Notes under the pieces: generated by a model
Seen by the model: the letters and a program-made list of their open reading frames with translations, nothing else
The model's database searches: none
What the model was told of the DNA's origin: nothing
In this document: piece by piece, positions 26,146 to 35,516 of the stretch
How positions within the stretch are numbered: the first letter of the stretch is position 1
How the letters are laid out: every line of letters begins with the position of its first letter
Position numbers and translations under genes: made by a program
Source: an uncultured virus (IMG/VR IMGVR_UViG_3300024520_000058)
Taxonomy: Duplodnaviria > Heunggongvirae > Uroviricota > Caudoviricetes
Length of the DNA stretch: 64,000 nt
Strand: one strand, 5' to 3'
Virus record (IMG/VR): IMGVR_UViG_3300024520_000058

Positions 26146-27746
26146 GGGCTTGTCTCCTGCATGATGGTTTCGAACTGCGTCTGGAACATCTCTTCTAAGT
26201 CGTCCACGTTCGTGTCCATCTCTATGCTCTCCATCAAGCTCTGAAGCATGTCAAGACCTGCCTCCTGCTTCTGAAGTGGTACCAGGGGAAGGGTCATGCG
26301 CTTCTCTGCTTCAGGTATCCTCTCACCTTCCGGTGTAGTTGATAAGTGCGCTGCTTGAGGAGGCCTTCCAGGAACACCTGGTTGTGGTGGACGTGCAGTC
26401 CCTGCTATTTTCCCTATGTCCCACATAGAATAACGCACAATATCCATCATAAACTGCCAGTCTTCCTGACTGTACGTGTCTACTAAAGCAGCTCTGTTTA
26501 AGGTTAGCGCTTTCTCCCACTGACCCGCATCCATCTCATTCATTAACCTGGCTAAGAACCGCTTAACATTGTCCGGCTTGTCAGTACGGAAGCCGACGAC
26601 TTTCCCCCTCCTGGAAGGGTCTCCAGCCATAGCGCCGATGATACGCTCGATGTCGGTCTCTGTATAGTTCCTTTCCCTATCAGCCAGTGCGTCATAGTCT
26701 ATGCCCTGTAGCTGAAGTAAGTTCTTATTCACGTTGATGTAGCGATTGATACCTTGTAGCATTCCCTCTTTATTATTCTTCTCCATCTGTATAGACATGA
26801 GAAGCTCTGGGTTATCCTTCGCATTTGCCATGAGCCATCCCTGCACTGCAGCATCCGAAGCATCGCCTCTCATAAGGTTTACCTGCAGTCCTAATGCTGC
26901 CTGTATGTTATCGGTAAGTTCTCCAGGCTTTTGCCAATCTCCGTTCTTGCGAAGCATGTCCCTGACCAGGTAATCATCGAAGGATCCGAATTGGCTTGAA
27001 AGGCCTGAGGCGTTCCATGCCATACGCATTGCCTGCTCTTTACCTGCAGGAGTGTCTCTATAGGCCCCCATGTCTCTCACTGCACTGGCATAGGATTGAT
27101 GGATGTCCATTACCTTAGCAAAGGGAGCCAGTCTTGCCAGGTGTGCCTCAGTATTCACCAGTATGTCATGCATACCTACATCTATCCTTGCCCCTGACAA
27201 AAGTTGCTGGTACTGATTCGTTGCTGTAGATGTGACAGCCTCCTGTGCAGTAGCTTCAGCACGTCTCCTGGGTAAGTCAACACGCTTCTCGGCTTCCTGT
27301 GTAGCTACCTCAGACTTGAGCTTTCCCGATTCTACCGTACCGGTAAGCCCAGGCACTCCCTCAGCTGTTCTGGATTCTCTGATAAGATTTGCGAACTGTT
27401 GGTCACCAGCAGCGCTTAGCATTTGATATGCCTTGAAGCTCATTCCCAGATGCTGTTTAGCAAGTACGTCCAGCTCTTGCTGAAGTTCCTCTTCCCGCTC
27501 CAGACCTTCAATTTCAAAGCCGCCCCTGGCGATGTCCTGTTGCTGAAGCTGTTGTTGCCCGGGGAACATAGCCTCTGTCCTGCGCTCAGTAGCTTGCATC
27601 CCCTGGATCTGTGTGAGCCTACCTGCCGAGGAAGTGATACCTTCCAGCTGGTCCATCTGGAGCTTCTGCTCAACAGGATCCTGGTTAAGCCATCCATCAA
27701 TAAAAGCTGCTGGTCCAACCCACTGGTCCCACTTACTTATTGGCAT
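26142..27746 (-). CDS. probable internal virion (ejection) protein
   Basis: Helical Gln/Ala-rich protein next to the SLT gene. Start set at ATG 27746 after an AGGAG SD. Confidence 0.65.
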   Translation of the reverse strand: MPISKWDQWVGPAAFIDGWLNQDPVEQKLQMDQLEGITSSAGRLTQIQGMQATERRTEAMFPGQQQLQQQDIARGGFEIEGLEREEELQQELDVLAKQHLGMSFKAYQMLSAAGDQQFANLIRESRTAEGVPGLTGTVESGKLKSEVATQEAEKRVDLPRRRAEATAQEAVTSTATNQYQQLLSGARIDVGMHDILVNTEAHLARLAPFAKVMDIHQSYASAVRDMGAYRDTPAGKEQAMRMAWNASGLSSQFGSFDDYLVRDMLRKNGDWQKPGELTDNIQAALGLQVNLMRGDASDAAVQGWLMANAKDNPELLMSIQMEKNNKEGMLQGINRYINVNKNLLQLQGIDYDALADRERNYTETDIERIIGAMAGDPSRRGKVVGFRTDKPDNVKRFLARLMNEMDAGQWEKALTLNRAALVDTYSQEDWQFMMDIVRYSMWDIGKIAGTARPPQPGVPGRPPQAAHLSTTPEGERIPEAEKRMTLPLVPLQKQEAGLDMLQSLMESIEMDTNVDDLEEMFQTQFETIMQETSP

Positions 27747-27756
27747 GAGAATTCTC

Positions 27757-28428
27757 CTATTGTGGTAGTCCTGGAACCTTAAACTGGCCCGCGAAATTGG
27801 ACCCACCGGCTTGACCTGCTTGAGCTGCTCCAGGAACGTTGGCACTCACCCACCTGAGCATCCTTTGCATCAACTCGTCATTGGGATTCTCGCTATACTT
27901 ACGACCCAGACGCCCAAGAGTTCCCTTCACAAACTTTTCGGTGGCAGTGCCTTGCTGCTGGAACTGGCTCCCCTGCTGAATAGCACCTGGTAGGCCTTGC
28001 ATTAGCATCTGCTGAGCGTTCTGCTGATGCTGCCCTAAGAGATTAGCCAGGGACTCCTGCTGACCCACCTGGATCCTCTCGCTCTGTGCTCTGAAGGGGT
28101 CAGTACCCCTGGGTGTGCCACCGACTAAGCCCGACCGTGTGGCACTGGCTGCCATGCTCTGCTGCATAGCAGTGCCCTCACGCCTTACCTGTCGCATGAT
28201 GTTGCCGGTGGCTGCCGTAGGCATACCTGCTGCAGCCCTACGTATATCAGGAAGAGCTGCCTGCCCAGCCTGCAGAAGCTGGGTATTCGCCTGGTCAAAG
28301 CCAGGTGTAGTATCTCCTATACCCAGAAACCTATTCACTATACCCGTTCCCATCTCAGCCAACATGGGGCCAAAGACTGGATCCGTAGCAAGCTTTCCTA
28401 ATGTCGCCAATATAGCTGGTACTGGCAT
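27757..28428 (-). CDS. probable small internal virion/DNA pilot protein
   Basis: Gly/Gln/Ala-rich with an MPVPAILATLG N-terminus. GGAGGTGA SD. Confidence 0.65.
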   Translation of the reverse strand: MPVPAILATLGKLATDPVFGPMLAEMGTGIVNRFLGIGDTTPGFDQANTQLLQAGQAALPDIRRAAAGMPTAATGNIMRQVRREGTAMQQSMAASATRSGLVGGTPRGTDPFRAQSERIQVGQQESLANLLGQHQQNAQQMLMQGLPGAIQQGSQFQQQGTATEKFVKGTLGRLGRKYSENPNDELMQRMLRWVSANVPGAAQAGQAGGSNFAGQFKVPGLPQ

Positions 28429-28460
28429 AATTCACCTCCGTATGTCTAAGTATTACTAAT

Positions 28461-31400
28461 CTAATATTTTCTAGGGCTAATCAACAAAGCATCGATGACC
28501 CCACTACTATCATCCGTAGCGTATGCTTCCAAAGCAATGGCAAAAGCCATATCTCCTGCCGCTGCCTGCATTGCTATCTTAGCTGTAGTAAATGTTCCTA
28601 GTAAATCGCCTACGGCAATGTCTGCAGTTCCATCAACCTTAAGAGCAACAGTCTTACCTAAAATCTGAATGCGGCCCCATGCTGTATTTCCTATGGCCTC
28701 AGCGCATATACCATATACCCAATCGTCGCCCTGCGTAGTCGTTGTGGTTACTTCGTAACCTGTTGCCGCAACATTGATCGTTACTACATCACCTACAGCC
28801 AAAGCGCCGCCACTTTGGTTCTGCATCTCGACAAACTGTTTTTCGGAAACAACAGGAACGCCGGAATTATTCAATGCGATATTCCGATCACCAGCATCCG
28901 TTATGCGTAAATTTGTAGCAACACTAGAATCAACTAAATTGTTGCCGGTGATATTGCAATCCGCAGCATCAGCGTGTAGATCTATAAACGCCGTACCCTG
29001 AAAAATGTTTGCCGACATTGTCGCAAAATCCCCCTGCTGGCGAATACCGAGACCACCATTAAAAAGGTTGTTTGAGATGGTGACATATTCTCCGTTTATA
29101 TTGTCAAACTCAGCACCATTAGCAAACAAGTTATTAGTGACTACGCTATAATCGCCATCTGCTGTAAAGGAGATACCCACGTCATCCATCATGTTTCCGT
29201 CAAAAACGTTATAGCGTCCAACACTTTGGACAATATCTCCCGTACCCGTCATAACGTTTTGGCTAATCAAAGTATAGTCGTTAGCTACATATATGGCCGC
29301 TTGGGTATTAGCAAGAAGAGAATTTCCTATAATACTACATCTATCGCCGTTGACACGAATCCCACGATAACAGTTCTCAATGGTATTCCCAATCATCAGA
29401 TTATCATGACCTAAACCTGAGTAAGCGCCTTGCTGATTACTTGTAGTAAACCCCTCTATATAATTTCTGCTCACAACTGCGTGAGGCCCTACCACATTTA
29501 AACCTGTTCCCGTACTACCTAGCGAAATAATACGGCAATTATCTACTCTGTCATATGCTCCATCTAGATTTACCAGAATGCTTCCAAGAGGATTTTGTAT
29601 TGTAAGACCCTGAACCAGCCTATTTGTACCCGCTCCATCATTGGTCAGTATAGCACTGTTGCCACCAAAATCAATTATAGTGTCCTCTGGATTCTGGCCA
29701 ATCAGCTGTTGACCATCCTTCATTACTATATTGACAGTCTCATTATAAGTACCACGCTTAACAAAAATTCTTGCGCCTGCCAATTCAGTAGCGCAAGCCG
29801 TGACAACCGAAGTATAATCTCCACCTGCAGCAGCTACTATGGCATCATACGTCGAGAAAGAAGCTGACGGAACAGCACCATCAACATAGGTTTTTACAGC
29901 CTTTTCTGTAGGTATTGCTGTATCACTATCTCCGACCAGCGTACCATCTGTGGAAAACTCAATCGGGGTGGCACCTGTAGGCAGGGTTATTGAGGCTACC
30001 GACAAGGCACCATCTTCATCCCATTCATATTCAATCGTTACGGCTATCTGTATGGTATCTTCGATAGGGGATGTTCCTAAACCCACTTGAGTTCGAGTAA
30101 TCCGTATATACTTTTTATTAACCCCATTGATAGTAGTGGCTACCCAGGCAGTAAATGTACTTTCATCCCATGCTATTGTGCCGCTTGACCGAAATCCATT
30201 TGTTCCATCACTAGCTGGTATAAACGCTGTCCACGCCGGGCCTGCAATAGAATATTCAAATGTCGGTACAACCCCTGCCCCTGATGCTGGGGTATCAAGA
30301 TTAACCTCTATAGCATTAAAATCTGCGGCATCCCCTATATGAACCATATCTCCATTCGCTGAAAATATAGTTACATCTGTAACTGTAGAATTAAAAGCGG
30401 CGGTGACATCCGTAAACCCCCCATTCTCATCCCAGCCTTGCTCGATAGCACCGAAGGTTCCTACCTCTTGATGTATTACCTCAACGCCGGGATCAGCATG
30501 AAGAGCGTGAACCGCAGCACTACCGGCTCCACCAACAGAAACCCGCAAGCCCTCCATTACGCCACCAGTTGAATTAGACCTGTCTAAAGATACTTCTAAG
30601 CCCATCATATCTTCGCCGGAGGCTATATCATCAGCGTGTAAAGCGAGGAATATTCCATGTGTGTCACCCATCCCATTTGCTTCAATATCAAGGTGGATTG
30701 CTCTGGTGTCAGGTATAGCCGGTGTATGCTCGAAACGAATAACACCCAAGGTCATATTTCTGGGATTTGTACTGCCATCAATAAGTATATTCTTGGTAGC
30801 CTCCATCAAGATTTGAACTTGAGACGTATCTTCAATAGTCTCGGATAAATCACCAAGACCAATATCAAAATCAGAATCTATCCACAATTTAGTGGTAAGA
30901 GCAAAACCATCATCACCATCATTAACGCCAAACGCTAGACCACCTTTCTCGTCATCTGCAGAACCAACATGCCTGGCTATAATAGATGCCAATAAGGATT
31001 CTTCGCCACCTGATTGCTTACCACGAAATTCTATACGACTTACTCTTGCTCCAGCAGCATCAGATTCCTCGGAATTGTAAGCCTGTAAATTCTTCTGAAA
31101 CGGTAGGTCGGGCCCCATATATTCTATAGTCCAATGAGACACCGACAAATCATCGTTCTGTGGGGCTAATCTTTGGATGGAAATCTGAAATCTATCTCTC
31201 ACATCATCATCATCTATCTTAAAGAATACACTATATTCTTCATACGATGTTGTGCATGTAAATGTTTCTAGTGCCAAATCTACTGCATCAGGAAAATTGC
31301 GTACTCTAAGCCAAAAACCATCAGTTCCTGGTGTTGGCGATTTAACATAAGCAGACCACTTATATGTGCCTTTGGGCAAATAAGTATACTGTTTAGATAC

Positions 31401-34073
31401 ATCACCATCAAACTCTATATTGGCGGTCTCAAAGTCGGCATCAAATACAGTAGATTGCCCGTTTAACGCATCAACATCAACGGTTAAAGTACCGGTGTTG
31501 TTAGTCAACCATTGGCTGTTAGTATCGTAAAGCTTATAGTTATATCGTGGCTCCTGTACTGTAGCATCAGCAGTGGTCCATAACGGGCCACGACATCTTT
31601 CAAATTCTATATCCGTACCAGCTGTCCATTCCATATAGACACCCAGAGAACTTTGACTCCAAAAATGTCTACCTCCACTTACTGTTGTAGGGTTACCTAC
31701 CCCACCGCCTTCCAAGTACGAGTTGGTCATGTACGACAAGCCACTGCCCTGCAACGCAATCGCAGGGCCGGTGTTGGCTTGAATAATCATGCCCTTCATT
31801 TCCAGAAAACCACTGCCGTCAGAAGTGAGCCCGACCTCGGTGTAAAAATCAGAGTTAGTAATGACCAACTGTCCGGCGTCTTCGTTATCGATACCGACAG
31901 CAGCGTCAGACGCTCCAGCAGCGTGAACGTAGCTGATGAAGTTCTTTAGGTTAAGTCCTGACCTGTAGGTAACTACATTATCCACACCATCCGCACTGGT
32001 ACCCCACCCAGCACCACCTGTATCAAATGCTGCGAACTCGTCGGCATCACCACCAGCAGATTCTACTCTAAGTCGCACCTCTGTCACGGCGTCGGCATAA
32101 GTATAGCCCACCGTCTTTAACACCACCCAATAATCATTGGTGTTTACTATGTCCGGCATATCTGCCCGAAGCGTCCAGGTAAGCGTCTGATCTGCGCCAC
32201 CGGCATCAGCACTCAGAGCGGTATTGGTCACAGCATCGCTGGCTCCGTCTATCTGTGCATTAGGCTCCGAAGGCGCTCCGCCATCGTCTGAATAGATATA
32301 GGCGAGTATCGTACCAGCAGGCGCACCAGTCTTGCCTAACGGAACTGTTATACTTTTTAATTTAGCCGTTCTGTCAGCCGTAAACTTAAAAGCATATTGT
32401 TCTGTTGCTCCTGCCCCTGTGGTAGTAAAATCATTATTGGTATCATCTGTAAATGTTTCCGAAATGGTGTTATTTTGCGCTCGAGACTTAATACAAATAC
32501 CATTCGTGTTATGAATATTGGTAAAGCTGAGGTGGTCCAGAGTGACGTTGGATACAGCCGCCAGCAACACACCACCACCTTCGGAGGTCAAAGAGGCCGC
32601 CTCTATCTTCATATTCTTCAGAGTGGCGTAGTGTGGTGACTTCCAGCTATTACTCGGGTTAGCACCCAACTCTATTGCATAGCCTGACGTGCCTGTGTAC
32701 TTGATAATAGTATCCGACATACCAGCGCCTTCAACCACTACACCGTTGGATATAAGGCCGTAAGTGCCCTCTGGAAAATTGTCTATTGTTGTTGTGGTTT
32801 GATAAGTTCCGGCAGGAATATACATTCTACCAATTCCGGGAATTTGAGCCAATGCCTCACTAAATGGTGTTGCATTATCAGTAGAGTCATCACCCAGCGC
32901 GCCCCACCACTGAGGCAGAATATACTGACACGATCCTGCGGCAAGAGTAGCAATACCTGTGCCTGTTAAATCAAATATTTGGTATCCACCTGCCTCAAAA
33001 GTCCCATTTATAGCAAGGGTAATACCTGTATCGATCAGTATCAAACCACCTTGTTGAATGCCCAGAGTAACTCCAGCGGGCACAGTAACGTTGGACGATA
33101 AGCGGTAGCTAGTGCCTGCTTCCGGAACAATAACACGACCACCTGCCGCCGCTGCAATAGCATTGGTGAAAGCGGTAGAGTCGTCAGTACTACCATCTCC
33201 CAATGCGCCATACTCACGCACATCATAGCCAAATGCACCATCATGGTAGATGTCACCAGCCAGACCATACCCGGCAGTAGCTTTGCCATCAGCATCAGTA
33301 GTCAAAGCATCGTTAGGATTACCATCGCTGGCAACCAAACCAGACACTTCGATCTCATCAGCGTTTACGATAACTCCGTCACCGCCGCCAACCGCAATAG
33401 TGGTATCAGCATCAGCTCCTGGAAGAACGTTGTCCTCTCCACCAGTAAGCCCACCACCAGCCACAATATCTTTGGCTGCAGTCAGAGTAATAGTTGTGTC
33501 AGCATCTGCGCCGGGGAGAACGTCATTGGCACCGCCACTCAGTCCGGTACCTGCGGTTACTATATCGCCCAGGGTAATCGTCGAGATGGTGATCGTCCCA
33601 TCTCCATCATCTGTAACGGTGACATCGTTGGCGGCGCCATCGATTAACGAAGGTAGGTCCAGAGCCACTCCGTCAACTGGTGAGCGTGATTCTTCATGCC
33701 AGTTGGATCCATCATACATGAACAGCGTGTGATGTATGTCACTGGCAACCGTGGTGAGTGTGCCCAAAGAATCAAAGTTAGTCCCGAAGGTTATTGTGTG
33801 AGGACCAGCTCCATCATCTGTGAACTGGAAGAATATCCATTGCCCATTTCTTCCGTTGGTTGCATTAAGCGTTGTATCCCCTGTCACAGTGAGGGTAAAT
33901 ATGGTACCCAGGTCCATGTCCACTGAGATGGGATTGGCAAACGATAGCGCAGAGATAGCCCCGGTGATAGTCTTTGACTCTATATCTCCAGAGGCAACGA
34001 CCCTGGCCCCATAGGCAGAGCTGGTACCGAAAAGCAGAGCTATCAAAAATATAGAGACAAGTCTAACTTTCAT
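28461..34073 (-). CDS. large tailspike/tail fibre with pectate-lyase-like beta-helix domains
   Basis: YDVREYGALGDGSTDDSTAF and PQWWGALGDDSTDN motifs, a NosD-like beta helix after IFVKRGTY, and a C-terminal cement-like domain. Start at ATG 34073. Confidence 0.8.
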   Translation of the reverse strand: MKVRLVSIFLIALLFGTSSAYGARVVASGDIESKTITGAISALSFANPISVDMDLGTIFTLTVTGDTTLNATNGRNGQWIFFQFTDDGAGPHTITFGTNFDSLGTLTTVASDIHHTLFMYDGSNWHEESRSPVDGVALDLPSLIDGAANDVTVTDDGDGTITISTITLGDIVTAGTGLSGGANDVLPGADADTTITLTAAKDIVAGGGLTGGEDNVLPGADADTTIAVGGGDGVIVNADEIEVSGLVASDGNPNDALTTDADGKATAGYGLAGDIYHDGAFGYDVREYGALGDGSTDDSTAFTNAIAAAAGGRVIVPEAGTSYRLSSNVTVPAGVTLGIQQGGLILIDTGITLAINGTFEAGGYQIFDLTGTGIATLAAGSCQYILPQWWGALGDDSTDNATPFSEALAQIPGIGRMYIPAGTYQTTTTIDNFPEGTYGLISNGVVVEGAGMSDTIIKYTGTSGYAIELGANPSNSWKSPHYATLKNMKIEAASLTSEGGGVLLAAVSNVTLDHLSFTNIHNTNGICIKSRAQNNTISETFTDDTNNDFTTTGAGATEQYAFKFTADRTAKLKSITVPLGKTGAPAGTILAYIYSDDGGAPSEPNAQIDGASDAVTNTALSADAGGADQTLTWTLRADMPDIVNTNDYWVVLKTVGYTYADAVTEVRLRVESAGGDADEFAAFDTGGAGWGTSADGVDNVVTYRSGLNLKNFISYVHAAGASDAAVGIDNEDAGQLVITNSDFYTEVGLTSDGSGFLEMKGMIIQANTGPAIALQGSGLSYMTNSYLEGGGVGNPTTVSGGRHFWSQSSLGVYMEWTAGTDIEFERCRGPLWTTADATVQEPRYNYKLYDTNSQWLTNNTGTLTVDVDALNGQSTVFDADFETANIEFDGDVSKQYTYLPKGTYKWSAYVKSPTPGTDGFWLRVRNFPDAVDLALETFTCTTSYEEYSVFFKIDDDDVRDRFQISIQRLAPQNDDLSVSHWTIEYMGPDLPFQKNLQAYNSEESDAAGARVSRIEFRGKQSGGEESLLASIIARHVGSADDEKGGLAFGVNDGDDGFALTTKLWIDSDFDIGLGDLSETIEDTSQVQILMEATKNILIDGSTNPRNMTLGVIRFEHTPAIPDTRAIHLDIEANGMGDTHGIFLALHADDIASGEDMMGLEVSLDRSNSTGGVMEGLRVSVGGAGSAAVHALHADPGVEVIHQEVGTFGAIEQGWDENGGFTDVTAAFNSTVTDVTIFSANGDMVHIGDAADFNAIEVNLDTPASGAGVVPTFEYSIAGPAWTAFIPASDGTNGFRSSGTIAWDESTFTAWVATTINGVNKKYIRITRTQVGLGTSPIEDTIQIAVTIEYEWDEDGALSVASITLPTGATPIEFSTDGTLVGDSDTAIPTEKAVKTYVDGAVPSASFSTYDAIVAAAGGDYTSVVTACATELAGARIFVKRGTYNETVNIVMKDGQQLIGQNPEDTIIDFGGNSAILTNDGAGTNRLVQGLTIQNPLGSILVNLDGAYDRVDNCRIISLGSTGTGLNVVGPHAVVSRNYIEGFTTSNQQGAYSGLGHDNLMIGNTIENCYRGIRVNGDRCSIIGNSLLANTQAAIYVANDYTLISQNVMTGTGDIVQSVGRYNVFDGNMMDDVGISFTADGDYSVVTNNLFANGAEFDNINGEYVTISNNLFNGGLGIRQQGDFATMSANIFQGTAFIDLHADAADCNITGNNLVDSSVATNLRITDAGDRNIALNNSGVPVVSEKQFVEMQNQSGGALAVGDVVTINVAATGYEVTTTTTQGDDWVYGICAEAIGNTAWGRIQILGKTVALKVDGTADIAVGDLLGTFTTAKIAMQAAAGDMAFAIALEAYATDDSSGVIDALLISPRKY

Positions 34074-34077
34074 TTTA

Positions 34078-34491
34078 CTATTCCCCCGTTCCAGTAGTAC
34101 CTTCGCCTTCACGAACAGCTGATTCTACCAGCGTTTCTATGAAGGCATCCAGGTCACTATTGGCCTTGGTTTGAAAGGCAAGGATAGCATCAGGCGCTAT
34201 CTCTTTGGTTCGTGCAATGGCTGCGGCTTTCAGAATTCTCTTGTCATCGTCACTGAACTCGCCATCGGCAGCCAGTTCCTTTATAAGATCTCCCTGGGTC
34301 TGTGCAACGTAGTTTACAGACTTCTGTGCATAGAACGAAAGGAGCTCAGCATACTCAACGAGCTTCTCATTCTTGGTCCTGGAAGTTATGAACTTCACCA
34401 GAGCTGCTCCACCAGCAGCAACCACCGCTGTGACAATGGATACCGCTATGGTGACAACTGGCTCCAACATGGTCTCGATTATATACTCCAC
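34078..34491 (-). CDS. putative holin (LL-H-like)
   Basis: Single N-terminal TM helix, SVNYVAQT and a LDAFIETLVESAV C-terminus. Confidence 0.65.
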   Translation of the reverse strand: MEYIIETMLEPVVTIAVSIVTAVVAAGGAALVKFITSRTKNEKLVEYAELLSFYAQKSVNYVAQTQGDLIKELAADGEFSDDDKRILKAAAIARTKEIAPDAILAFQTKANSDLDAFIETLVESAVREGEGTTGTGE

Positions 34492-34504
34492 GGCTTACCC
34501 TCCC

Positions 34505-34879
34505 TTAACTGTTTGGACTACGTGTTTCTTCTGTCCATACGCCATCCTCATAGGTGAACACCAGCATGTCGTTCACCGCACCTGTGCCATAGTAGCCATC
34601 GATTCCACCAGCATTCTGTAGCTTGATGTTGGCGTTGTGTGCGATCCTGGTGAACACATCCTTAATCTTTACTTTGATGGTCTGGCCATCAGCGTCCGGG
34701 TCATCGAAATCTGTGATGGTTGTTAAGACTGTGTTGGCAGTCAGAAACGCGTAGCCACCTGATACTGAAGGAGTAGCATCCTGGTCAGCAAATGCGGTCC
34801 AGTTATGCGCGAAGATACCAGTGATAGAAAGACTGGAGACTCCACCTACCTGCGGATTCTCTACAGAAAATGTCCCCAT
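34505..34879 (-). CDS. small virion structural protein
   Basis: FADQDATPSV..TITDFDD..DGQ..WTEETRS, a beta-rich pattern seen in tail proteins. Confidence 0.65.
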   Translation of the reverse strand: MGTFSVENPQVGGVSSLSITGIFAHNWTAFADQDATPSVSGGYAFLTANTVLTTITDFDDPDADGQTIKVKIKDVFTRIAHNANIKLQNAGGIDGYYGTGAVNDMLVFTYEDGVWTEETRSPNS

Positions 34880-34883
34880 TGTT

Positions 34884-35300
34884 TTACACCCCCACCATAG
34901 TAACTTCCAGGCTACTGGCAGTGACCGTCCCTACGGCAATGACCTCTAGCCTGAGAAAGCGCCCCAGAACAGGGACTACCTTGACTCGTTTTACATCTCC
35001 ACCGATTGGCAAACTGTCCGGTGGCTCAGCGTTCTCTATGTCTGTCAGGGTAATTTCCTCAGCCAGTCGCTGAAACCAGTTGGTGCCATCGATGGAGTGG
35101 TAAACTTTCCACTGCAACTCGGTGATACTTCCCTGGGTCACATCAAAGAATAAACTAGCGTATGAGTAATTACCCATGTCAAAGTAATCCGTTTCCACCC
35201 AACCGTTGGTCAGGATTGCATCCTCCCGAACAACTGCATATCTCTTGGGCGATGGATTTATATATTTCAGACCCATCCCTGTCGAATCTACTAGTGCCAT
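34884..35300 (-). CDS. small beta-sandwich virion protein
   Basis: VYHSIDGTNWF and RFLRLEV motifs, located in the tail module. Confidence 0.65.
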   Translation of the reverse strand: MALVDSTGMGLKYINPSPKRYAVVREDAILTNGWVETDYFDMGNYSYASLFFDVTQGSITELQWKVYHSIDGTNWFQRLAEEITLTDIENAEPPDSLPIGGDVKRVKVVPVLGRFLRLEVIAVGTVTASSLEVTMVGV

Positions 35301-35317
35301 CTTAACGTACCCCCTTA

Positions 35318-35515
35318 TTAGGTAACCTCTGTGGCTGTCAGCTTGTAGAGCTTGCCACCACTTCTAAACATTAGCAAACCACCATCCACGACAAATATTT
35401 TGTTCTCCGGCAGACTGGCTACATCCGGCGTCTCAGTCCTGGTCTCCTGGTATCCCACGGTCCTTTCCAGGTCATCCGTTAGTTGGTCTAAAGTGACACC
35501 GCGTCTAAAGTTCAT
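35318..35515 (-). CDS. small hypothetical tail-module protein
   Basis: GAGGGAG SD; follows the nozzle gene. Confidence 0.6.
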   Translation of the reverse strand: MNFRRGVTLDQLTDDLERTVGYQETRTETPDVASLPENKIFVVDGGLLMFRSGGKLYKLTATEVT

Positions 35516-35516
35516 G

